Source of the DNA: a virus
Taxonomy: Duplodnaviria; Heunggongvirae; Uroviricota; Caudoviricetes
DNA length: 39,841 nucleotides
IMG/VR virus record: IMGVR_UViG_2711768002_000004
Strand: one strand, 5' to 3'
Of the stretch, positions 28,629 through 35,897 are shown piece after piece; the first letter of the stretch is position 1; every line of letters begins with the position of its first letter. Under the pieces are notes generated by a model, which worked only from the letters and a program-made list of their open reading frames with translations, was not told the DNA's origin and made no database searches. The position numbers and the translations under genes were made by a program.

Positions 28629-29129
28629 TCAGACTTTCGGCAAATCGTAACGACATAACCATTCATCCGCCGAACGGCGGGCCTCAAGACCGGGGAGTTT
28701 TACCCCCTTTGAATAAATCCAGCGGATATACTGCTTACAGGACGCGGGCATCTGCCCGGCATTGATAAGGCGCAGGAGCGTGGAGTTGCGAAAGTTCGTT
28801 TCACCGGCCCAGAAAATCCAGGAGGCCAGCGCCACCGTCTGACCACGGGTAAGCGGCACCTGAACATGACGATCGATAGCCGCAAAGGCCCATTTCATGT
28901 CCTTTTCCAGCAGCTCCAGACACTCTTCATCAGTTTTTGTCATCCCCGGTTTCACATCCGGGCCGGTATGGCCGTAACAGATGGTGGGGGTGCCGGTGGG
29001 ATCAATGTACGTGGTGTTTTCTTTCCCTTCCCAGTAGCCGGTGTAGTGCGTGGCAATGGTGAACGTCCCGGCTCCGGCCAGAACAAGGGCAATCAGCTTT
29101 TTACGCAGGGGTGCGGGGAGTTTTGGCAT
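28629..29129 (-). CDS. SAR-endolysin (lysozyme with N-terminal signal-anchor-release domain)
   Basis: N-terminal hydrophobic LIALVLAGAGTFTIA, then YWEGKENTTYIDPTGTPTICYGHTG (Glu-Asp-Thr catalytic spacing of T4/lambda-type lysozymes). Confidence 0.8.
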   Translation of the reverse strand: MPKLPAPLRKKLIALVLAGAGTFTIATHYTGYWEGKENTTYIDPTGTPTICYGHTGPDVKPGMTKTDEECLELLEKDMKWAFAAIDRHVQVPLTRGQTVALASWIFWAGETNFRNSTLLRLINAGQMPASCKQYIRWIYSKGVKLPGLEARRSADEWLCRYDLPKV

Positions 29130-29200
29130 TGTTACGCTGTCTCATGGTGTTCTCTGAGTCAGCGTAACCGTGAGGAAAAGGGGGCAGGATTTGCGGAATA

Positions 29201-29623
29201 TCAGAAAAGCCGTGGCTGCGTGCGTTCCTGATGCAGGCGACGCTGGTTGCGGATAACGGAGTAAATCTGCGTCTCTGACATCTGGTAGTGGCGGCGCAGG
29301 GTTTCAATTTTTTCGCCCTGGCTCCAGCGGGAAAAAATTTCATTATTGCGCAGTTCGGTGAAAAGGGATTCACCGACCGGGAGATAATAACCACGCCCGC
29401 CCATGTACCCGGCCTGTGCGGCTGCAACCTTACGGGCAAGCATTCCCGCCTGAGCAGGTTCAATCCCCTGACGGTGCAGTTCAGCACTGATCACATCAAC
29501 CAGGTCCCGCAGCGTGCCGGGCCAGTTCTTTTTCAGCTCATCATCAGGAATATCATCCAGACGGTCAATCAGCGCGTGCAGCTGTTCGCTGTCACCAAAC
29601 ATGCTCATCTGTGTTTCAGCCAT
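29201..29623 (-). CDS. Mor/C-family transcriptional activator (single copy; positioned like Mu C, directly upstream of the lysis genes)
   Basis: 140 aa; C-terminal ...GGRGYYLPVGESLFTELRNNEIFSRWSQGEKIETLRRHYQMSETQIYSVIRNQRR matches the Mor/C family pattern as recalled. Confidence 0.8.
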   Translation of the reverse strand: MAETQMSMFGDSEQLHALIDRLDDIPDDELKKNWPGTLRDLVDVISAELHRQGIEPAQAGMLARKVAAAQAGYMGGRGYYLPVGESLFTELRNNEIFSRWSQGEKIETLRRHYQMSETQIYSVIRNQRRLHQERTQPRLF

Positions 29624-29654
29624 ACCCGCCTCCGGTCATCATTACACAGGGCAA

Positions 29655-29687
29655 GTTTAAAATAAAAATCCCGCGCTGTGGCGGGAT
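29655..29687 (-). terminator. Rho-independent terminator ending the early operon (minus strand)
   Basis: Hairpin ATCCCGCC-ACAG-CGCGGGAT followed on the minus strand by TTTTTATTTT; sits between the GemA-like gene and the Mor/C gene. Confidence 0.55.
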
Positions 29688-29693
29688 TTGGGG

Positions 29694-30206
29694 TTAACGG
29701 GGGAATGATTTTTCATACAGCCTGCAAACACGCTCATAACTCATCACTGCACGTTCCGACATATCCAGGGCTGCCAGCATTTTGCGGCGGTGCCAGCGTT
29801 TGAGACGCTCCAGCACATCAGAGGCCAGCGCGGGTTGTTGCTCCAGCCACTGCCAGTTAGCCACACCTTCGCCGTCGTTCTGCGCGGCCGTCTGCGATTT
29901 CACCCAGCGGTTAAGGGCCGTTTCCCCGCCATCAGAGATAAATCCCTGCCGGTGCATCACTTTCCAGATGGCGCGAATTTTGGCGGTCACCGTACCCGGT
30001 TTTAAGGCCCGGTTAACCGGCTTCTGACGCACTTTAAAACCGCGTTTTTTGAAAACATCCAGCACGCGGGATAACTCACCGGGTGACATATCACGGCAAC
30101 TGGATTTGCCGGTGGCTGCCAGCAGCGCGGATGTATAGGTATCATGGTCAAGCTGTAGATCGCGTTTTGCGACATGTATTAAGGTAATCAGGGAAGCGCG
30201 ATTCAT
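29694..30206 (-). CDS. GemA-like protein (Mu gp16 / DUF1018-like)
   Basis: MNRASLITLIHVAKRDLQLDHDTYTSALLAATGKSSCRDMSPGELSRVLDVFKKRGF... resembles the gp16 family N-terminus as recalled. Confidence 0.55.
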   Translation of the reverse strand: MNRASLITLIHVAKRDLQLDHDTYTSALLAATGKSSCRDMSPGELSRVLDVFKKRGFKVRQKPVNRALKPGTVTAKIRAIWKVMHRQGFISDGGETALNRWVKSQTAAQNDGEGVANWQWLEQQPALASDVLERLKRWHRRKMLAALDMSERAVMSYERVCRLYEKSFPR

Positions 30207-30276
30207 TATCGTGGCTCCATAAAAAATGGGCGGTGTTACCGCACCGCCATGTCAATTAACATAAAAGGAAAAATCT

Positions 30277-30516
30277 ATGTCAGATATAAAAAATGCACTT
30301 GATGTTGCCGCATTCACAATGGCTGGAAATCTTATGGTAACCCTGTTCGATAAGGGGCTGATTTCCCGTGAGGAGGCAATACATATTATCAATCTCGCTC
30401 AAAAAAACTCTACCCCGGAAAATGCAGAAGATATCCAGGATGGCTCATATATTAATACCGACTGGCATTTCGACAATCTCCGGGCCTGTATGGGGATTAC
30501 CGCTGAAAAAGATTAA
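30277..30516 (+). CDS. Hypothetical protein (79 aa), plus strand, convergent with and overlapping the next gene by about 20 nt
   Basis: AAAGGAAAAA Shine-Dalgarno 6 nt upstream of ATG; AT-rich; the only well-supported plus-strand gene in the early region. Confidence 0.5.
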   Translation: MSDIKNALDVAAFTMAGNLMVTLFDKGLISREEAIHIINLAQKNSTPENAEDIQDGSYINTDWHFDNLRACMGITAEKD

Positions 30517-30784
30517 AAATTTTTGCATAATGTTCAGATGTAAGAATTGCTGAACCATCAACACCGAGCCTACGGCGAACGTATTCCTCGCGGGCTATTT
30601 TATTATCCAGAGATACAGCATCCTTAATCAGGTTAATCTCCCGCTCCATTATCAAAAGGGCTTCTCTGGCTGCAAGATTTTCTTTTATCGCATATTCGAT
30701 AATGTCCCGCATACGTTCAAGCATGCCGATTTTAGCCAGTTCTTCGTCGATAGATTTAGGCGCAAATTTGATTTCTTTTTCCAT
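30497..30784 (-). CDS. Hypothetical protein (95 aa, helical, charged)
   Basis: Start re-picked at ATG 30784 (GAGGA upstream; ORF track start is a GTG at 30799): MEKEIKFAPKSIDEELAKIGMLERMRDIIEYAIKENLAAREALLIMEREINLIKDAV... Confidence 0.5.
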   Translation of the reverse strand: MEKEIKFAPKSIDEELAKIGMLERMRDIIEYAIKENLAAREALLIMEREINLIKDAVSLDNKIAREEYVRRRLGVDGSAILTSEHYAKIFNLFQR

Positions 30785-30785
30785 A

Positions 30786-30929
30786 TTATTCATCCTCACA
30801 ATTTATACATGCAGTGTCGTCGCCCATATCGCAGTGGTTACATTTTATCTCACCACAATGTGGGCACTCTTTCAGATACTCCGGGTCCTCATTTCCACAG
30901 GTGGGACATTCAACAATTTGCTCATCCAT
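30786..30929 (-). CDS. Small zinc-ribbon protein (47 aa, four CxxC pairs); not in the ORF track because shorter than 60 aa
   Basis: Hand translation MDEQIVECPTCGNEDPEYLKECPHCGEIKCNHCDMGDDTACINCEDE*; ATG overlaps the stop of the upstream gene. Confidence 0.5.
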   Translation of the reverse strand: MDEQIVECPTCGNEDPEYLKECPHCGEIKCNHCDMGDDTACINCEDE

Positions 30930-31254
30930 TATGTATCCCCTGTAATTCCGGCAAGGCCGAAAGATGGCACCAGTGCGTCACCTGTCCGTCCTCATCTTCA
31001 AGGCAGGCTCCGGTTTCTTCATCAATAAAAAAGCCTTCATACCCCATATGGCCGATGCGCAGTTCCTGTTGGTCACCATACTGAACAATCAGCACGACAG
31101 CCTCCATATCAGGCGGAAATGCGTCATCCAGTGAATGCCAGGGATAACCGCGCAAATCCCCGAAATAAACGCCGGTCAGCGTTCCGCCACAGAGCGGCAT
31201 TCCGGCGGCACACACAAGAGGTTCATCTGATTCAACAAATAAGGTCGTTATCAT
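30922..31254 (-). CDS. Hypothetical protein (110 aa)
   Basis: ORF in the early operon, translationally coupled to neighbours. Confidence 0.5.
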   Translation of the reverse strand: MITTLFVESDEPLVCAAGMPLCGGTLTGVYFGDLRGYPWHSLDDAFPPDMEAVVLIVQYGDQQELRIGHMGYEGFFIDEETGACLEDEDGQVTHWCHLSALPELQGIHNG

Positions 31255-31802
31255 GGCGTTAACTCCCGTAATACAGCGTCCTCGGCAGTCCGGCGACGGT
31301 AATAAACTGCGTGAGCAGAATGTTCAGATATTCCAAACTTTTCGCCAATTTCCCGGAATGACAGACGGCGTGGGTAATCGGAATCACGCAGCTCACGTAT
31401 AAGACGTACATCATCATCAGATATGCGCGTGCCGGGGCGTAACTCTCCGCACTTTGTTAATCCAGCACCAATCATTCCTGCCCGACATCTGACAGAATCT
31501 TTATTACGTCCGAGATATTCTCCCATTTGCTGGCAGGTCATTGTTCTGGCATTTTTTCGAATAAACTTATCTTCATCAGGTGTAAATCTTGGGTGTTTAT
31601 ATTTCAGTAACTCCGGGTATGAACTGCGCAATACACCAGTCCGGTTATATACAGCCCAGACAGTTCTTTTTATTCTGGCAGCAATATCCTTAACCGGGGT
31701 GGATGAATAAAGCGCAATCAGCAGCGCATCTTCTTCAGGTGTCCACGGACGGACATGAGCGGGGGCGCGACCTTTTAGTCCCATGGGTTGTAATTTCATC
31801 AT
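31251..31802 (-). CDS. Putative DNA-binding protein with repeated helix-turn-helix-like units
   Basis: WTPEEDALLIALY...IAARIKRTVWAVYNR, FTPDEDKFIRKNAR...MGEYLGRNKDSVRCR, LSFREIGEKFGISEHSAHAVYYRR: three Myb/sigma-r4-like repeats by eye. Confidence 0.45.
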   Translation of the reverse strand: MMKLQPMGLKGRAPAHVRPWTPEEDALLIALYSSTPVKDIAARIKRTVWAVYNRTGVLRSSYPELLKYKHPRFTPDEDKFIRKNARTMTCQQMGEYLGRNKDSVRCRAGMIGAGLTKCGELRPGTRISDDDVRLIRELRDSDYPRRLSFREIGEKFGISEHSAHAVYYRRRTAEDAVLRELTP

Positions 31803-31805
31803 GCA

Positions 31806-32321
31806 TCACCCCCTGACTCGCTTTTCAGCAGCATAAAACTCATCAGACAGTATTTCGGTCATTTTCTGTTTTGCGGGTTTTACGCCGCACTGAAGGTAAA
31901 TCACATCGTCAACGCAGAACCACTTCACAGGGCCAAACAGGATTGCCGAGAAATCAATACCCAACCAGAACAACAGCGCATCGGTTCTGGCATACGTGAC
32001 GGGCGAATATTCACGCCACAGACTGTTCAGTTCATCAGAGGCAACACGCAGGGTTTTAGGGATACGTGATGTGCGCGGTGTGCAGCTCCAGCCATTCGAC
32101 GCAGTCGGTTTTCGCCATAAGTCGCGATGAAAAGGATATTTGTCCTCCGTAAAACGCAGTCCCTTAAAGTAAAATCCACTGATACCGGATACAAATACCG
32201 ACCGGCACGCAACATTCAGCACGGCCTCAAGGCGTTTTGCCTCATCCTTAACTTTCTGGCAGTCCTGCTGGTATTTTTGCCACGCAGCCAGCGCGGAAGG
32301 GTTTGATGTTTTAAAGAACAT
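31806..32321 (-). CDS. Hypothetical protein (171 aa)
   Basis: ORF in the early operon. Confidence 0.5.
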   Translation of the reverse strand: MFFKTSNPSALAAWQKYQQDCQKVKDEAKRLEAVLNVACRSVFVSGISGFYFKGLRFTEDKYPFHRDLWRKPTASNGWSCTPRTSRIPKTLRVASDELNSLWREYSPVTYARTDALLFWLGIDFSAILFGPVKWFCVDDVIYLQCGVKPAKQKMTEILSDEFYAAEKRVRG

Positions 32322-32854
32322 TACGCCACCTCCGCAGATATCCCGGCAGGCGCTGCTGTCCGGTCAACAATCAGGTAGCGCAGAACATGTTCAGTGATAT
32401 TCCAGCCGCTTAAACCGCAGATAATGACGCCCAGGCGTATGTCGATATACGCCATCACAAACTGGGGCACGCCTTCTTTCATGGCCTGCTCATCAACTTC
32501 AGCCACCACATAAACGGTTTCACAGGTCAGAACGCCCTGAGCAAATTCCCACGCCATCGACGGAATATCATGCCCCTCAATCCATGGCAGGGATTTTCTG
32601 AAGCCGCACCACTGAACATCATCAGCCGCAGATTCCTGGCTGCATTTGCGACGAACCGGCTGCACCGGGCGGGGACGCGGAATATCATAAAAACCGTTAC
32701 ATTCCGTCAGCACGCCTGCATCAACCGCATCACGCAGAAAATAAACCATGGAGGATGGCGGCATATTCATTTTTTCAGCCAGTACACCGCAGGTCAGGCG
32801 GCCATAAATACACAGCCAGTTTTTAACCCCTTCAAGCACTTTTGCATCAATCAT
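32321..32854 (-). CDS. Hypothetical protein (177 aa)
   Basis: ORF in the early operon downstream of gam. Confidence 0.5.
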   Translation of the reverse strand: MIDAKVLEGVKNWLCIYGRLTCGVLAEKMNMPPSSMVYFLRDAVDAGVLTECNGFYDIPRPRPVQPVRRKCSQESAADDVQWCGFRKSLPWIEGHDIPSMAWEFAQGVLTCETVYVVAEVDEQAMKEGVPQFVMAYIDIRLGVIICGLSGWNITEHVLRYLIVDRTAAPAGISAEVA

Positions 32855-32999
32855 GATTTATTTCCCCACCACATTATTAATGACGATATAAACGTATTTC
32901 ATATTTCTTAACCCTTATTTTCTGTTTTCAGGCGCAAGCAGTCCCCTGACGCGAGCGCCATAATTAAAATGAAGTGATATTTAATTGATTAATGCGGTG

Positions 33000-33530
33000 T
33001 TATTTATTCAGTCCGGCGTCCTGTTCAAAAGGCTCGACATAAAAACTTTCAGCGCCTTTATTCACCTTGATACCGGCAATGCCTTTCACAGCATCCGGCT
33101 CCGCCAGGACGGCTTCCTTGTTCACTTCCTCTTTCGTGCGGATGAAACGCTCAAGCCCCATACGGCGCAGCATTTCAATCACACCTTCCACATCACGGCT
33201 GACGCTGCATGATGGCGTTCCCAGCCGCCATGACACCGTTCCGGTGGTCAGATTGGCTGTTTTGGTTTTGCCGCCGTTCGTCAGCTCATCACGGTTGGTT
33301 TTGCACCAGTCCTGAATCCCTTTAAAAAGCACTTTGATTTGCTTTTTAAGATTTTCAATCTGCGGCGTATAACGGGCGGTGATTTCTGCCACTTCGTCAT
33401 TCATCGCCGTTTCCAGGCGCAGCGCCTCTCGCTGAATATCTCCCAGGGTGCGGATATCACGGCTGACTTCTTCCCGGGTCTGCGGTGCCGCCTCGGCTGC
33501 GGCCTTTAATTTTGTAACGCGTTTAGCCAT
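33000..33530 (-). CDS. gam: Gam-like host-nuclease inhibitor (DNA-end binding protein)
   Basis: MAKRVTKLKAAAEAAPQTREEVSRDIRTLGDIQREALRLETAMNDEVAEIT...NRDELTNGGKTKTANLTTGTVSWR...RFIRTKEEVNKEAVL...EPFEQ closely parallels Mu Gam as recalled. Confidence 0.85.
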   Translation of the reverse strand: MAKRVTKLKAAAEAAPQTREEVSRDIRTLGDIQREALRLETAMNDEVAEITARYTPQIENLKKQIKVLFKGIQDWCKTNRDELTNGGKTKTANLTTGTVSWRLGTPSCSVSRDVEGVIEMLRRMGLERFIRTKEEVNKEAVLAEPDAVKGIAGIKVNKGAESFYVEPFEQDAGLNK

Positions 33531-33541
33531 TTTGTTTTTCC

Positions 33542-33835
33542 TTATTGCAGTGTGCCTGATGCTTTATGCACGCGGTGGCGTTTAATGATGGCATCCGCTC
33601 CAAAAGACTGTGCAGATGCCTGAAATTCCGCTGAGAGAAACTGAATAATTGCAGGACTGTGATACTGGAGAATACTTGCATAAACGTCACAGAGTGACGT
33701 CGGCCTGTTATCCGTATCACGTTCTGTTTTCACATCCACTCCAATCTTTTCATGCACTTCAACACAGTCATTGCCTGCCAACTTTTCGTCATGCGAAACA
33801 TGATTAAATTCAAAAATAACGCGTACTTTGCTCAT
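33542..33835 (-). CDS. Hypothetical protein, paralog 2 of a tandem pair
   Basis: Start re-picked at internal Met (MSKVRVIFEFNHV...), immediately after the stop of the upstream paralog. Confidence 0.5.
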   Translation of the reverse strand: MSKVRVIFEFNHVSHDEKLAGNDCVEVHEKIGVDVKTERDTDNRPTSLCDVYASILQYHSPAIIQFLSAEFQASAQSFGADAIIKRHRVHKASGTLQ

Positions 33836-33839
33836 GGAA

Positions 33840-34112
33840 TTACCCCTGTTGATTAAATTCATTACCGTTAATAACCCCGGAAGCCATGCCTCTGTCTTTC
33901 ATGAATGCACTGGCTTTCATTGCCACAAACTCTGCGAAGTTTCTGCTTTCTGCCAGCATAACCACCCCAAAAATCATGGCGGGTCCATTATCTTTCTTCT
34001 TTATTCCGGTTGAACGTATATCCAGACTTACCCCTCTGTGCGTGCTGCCATCAGAGTTTTTGCAGATAACATCTTCCTTGTATTCGAAAATAATGCGTAC
34101 GACTTTACTCAT
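33840..34112 (-). CDS. Hypothetical protein, paralog 1 of a tandem pair
   Basis: MSKVVRIIFEYKED... shares its N-terminal pattern with the next gene. Confidence 0.5.
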   Translation of the reverse strand: MSKVVRIIFEYKEDVICKNSDGSTHRGVSLDIRSTGIKKKDNGPAMIFGVVMLAESRNFAEFVAMKASAFMKDRGMASGVINGNEFNQQG

Positions 34113-34390
34113 CCTCTGGTCCTCGTTCTGTTTGGATAACTGACCCGGCGTCTAACCTCACGGCAGAACCGAATCATGGCATTAAAGGCTTCTTCCTCCG
34201 TCACCGCTTCCGGTATCCCCGGAACCAGTAACTGCTCCTGTTCATCACGTCCATGACGCGCCATAACCTCAATCACATGCCGTACCGTGGCAGGCTTTCC
34301 GGCAACTATCGGCAATGCACCTTCCGGCAGGACGTAACCAAACTCAATAAGACCACTCGACCACGCCCATGCAATGAGATTTTTTTTCAC
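34109..34390 (-). CDS. Hypothetical protein (93 aa)
   Basis: ORF in the early operon. Confidence 0.5.
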   Translation of the reverse strand: MKKNLIAWAWSSGLIEFGYVLPEGALPIVAGKPATVRHVIEVMARHGRDEQEQLLVPGIPEAVTEEEAFNAMIRFCREVRRRVSYPNRTRTRG

Positions 34391-34391
34391 C

Positions 34392-34658
34392 TCACACCTC
34401 CCAGTAAACCGTGCAGCCGCTGATGCGGGTGGCCTTCACACGGCGGCGCAGGCCGTTGGTCTGTATGGTGATTTCAATTTCACCGGTTCCCTGCACGTTG
34501 CCTACCGGCGGCGTGGTTTTCAGTGCAAAACGTTGCGGATAGCGCTTACTGCGTTCCAGTACCGCACCGGCAAGTTCGGTCAGACGGCGCGCGCTGTTCA
34601 GGGAGTCGAATAAATTCATTTTGTTACCGCAGGATTGCATATTCATATAACACCTCAT
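34392..34658 (-). CDS. Hypothetical protein (88 aa; start uncertain)
   Basis: ORF in the early operon. Confidence 0.45.
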   Translation of the reverse strand: MRCYMNMQSCGNKMNLFDSLNSARRLTELAGAVLERSKRYPQRFALKTTPPVGNVQGTGEIEITIQTNGLRRRVKATRISGCTVYWEV

Positions 34659-34886
34659 TTAGCTGACTTGTTTCGCACCAACAGAACGGCATATTCCGCT
34701 GTAAACTTCTGTCGCACCTTCGCGATCAAGTCCGGCAGATATCACCATTCGTGTGCGGTCATTAAATTCAAAAAGTAAATCGCCACATTCTTTATTTTCG
34801 GCCAGTGAAATCACCTTCACGTTATCGAAATTAACCAGGTAAAAGCGTCCGTAAATATCAGGAATATTAAATACCGCCATAATCAC
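34659..34886 (-). CDS. Small early protein directly downstream of B (position of Mu kil)
   Basis: 75 aa; positional analogy only. Confidence 0.45.
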   Translation of the reverse strand: MIMAVFNIPDIYGRFYLVNFDNVKVISLAENKECGDLLFEFNDRTRMVISAGLDREGATEVYSGICRSVGAKQVS

Positions 34887-35824
34887 ACCTGTGAGAGTAA
34901 TTCAGGGTTGGTATAAACCTCTTTAAAGGCCGCATTAATATGTTTTTCTGTCAGCGCCGCGCCTTCACCGCTGGCGGTGAGCCACGCCTGGTTAAGCGTA
35001 TGTGTCAGAACGCGTAACGCTCCCGGCTTTTCAGCGATAGCCTGCATGACGGCCAGCTCGGCCTCACCACTGATCCCCCACGCCATGGCAATGGCCAGCA
35101 CATCCGCCTTTTTGGCCTTGCGAAGTTGTTTTGTACGGGCAAGACGGCTGAACAGGCGCGATAAATCATCAAAGGCGCGGCGTCCACCTTTAAACAATCC
35201 GCGCGGGTTACCAATAAGCACCATCCCGATCCCCGTGGCGTCCTGAATTGCCCGGAGTTGCTCCAGACCGTCAATACCAAGATGATCCGCCTCATCCACA
35301 ATCACCAGTCCACGCGTTCCCATCAGGCGACGGCGGATGGCGCGGGATAATGCCCCTTTGTTCGCGCGGGTGTAATCAATCCCCAGCGCATCGGCCAGCT
35401 CCAGCAGACACTCCGTGACGCTGGAGTGCGCGGGTGACAGGGTGATCATCCAGGTGTTTGGTTGCTCCTGGCAGTAATTACGGGCAGTGGCCGTTTTACC
35501 CACACCCGGTACGCCCACAATAACGTTAATACAGCCCATCAGGCGAACCGCCTGAAACAGTGCGCGCAGCTCCTGGACTGTCTGAGTTTCCACAAACTGC
35601 GGCGGTTCCGGCAGTGCGCTTTGTTTATTCCAGTTCTCATACCAGGAGCGCAGGGAAGCAGCCACAGCAGCGTTATCGCCTTTATATTTTCCCTTACGGA
35701 AAGCCGATAATGTGCCGTCGGAAATTCCCGCCTCTCTGGCGATGGCATACTGCGTCAGTACGCCGCCATCAATAAGTTCATCAATGGTCTTGATTACATC
35801 GTTAATATCGGTCATATTATTCAC
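34883..35824 (-). CDS. B: Transposition protein B (MuB-like ATP-dependent target DNA activator)
   Basis: 313 aa; P-loop VGVPGVGKTATARNY, DEADHLG, and end-to-end similarity to Mu B as recalled (PEPPQFVETQTV..., KPGALRVL...). Confidence 0.9.
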   Translation of the reverse strand: MNNMTDINDVIKTIDELIDGGVLTQYAIAREAGISDGTLSAFRKGKYKGDNAAVAASLRSWYENWNKQSALPEPPQFVETQTVQELRALFQAVRLMGCINVIVGVPGVGKTATARNYCQEQPNTWMITLSPAHSSVTECLLELADALGIDYTRANKGALSRAIRRRLMGTRGLVIVDEADHLGIDGLEQLRAIQDATGIGMVLIGNPRGLFKGGRRAFDDLSRLFSRLARTKQLRKAKKADVLAIAMAWGISGEAELAVMQAIAEKPGALRVLTHTLNQAWLTASGEGAALTEKHINAAFKEVYTNPELLSQV

Positions 35825-35897
35825 CTCGCTTGAGACAGCATTCTCCGAGACTGAAACCTCAAATAACCTGAGTCACCCCTCGGGTTATTTTTTTATT

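Noticed and set aside
28517-28687. Upstream extension of the i-spanin ORF overlapping the endolysin 3' end
   Set aside because: Extension is Cys/Ala-rich, overlaps lys, and a good ATG with GGAGG exists at 28516.
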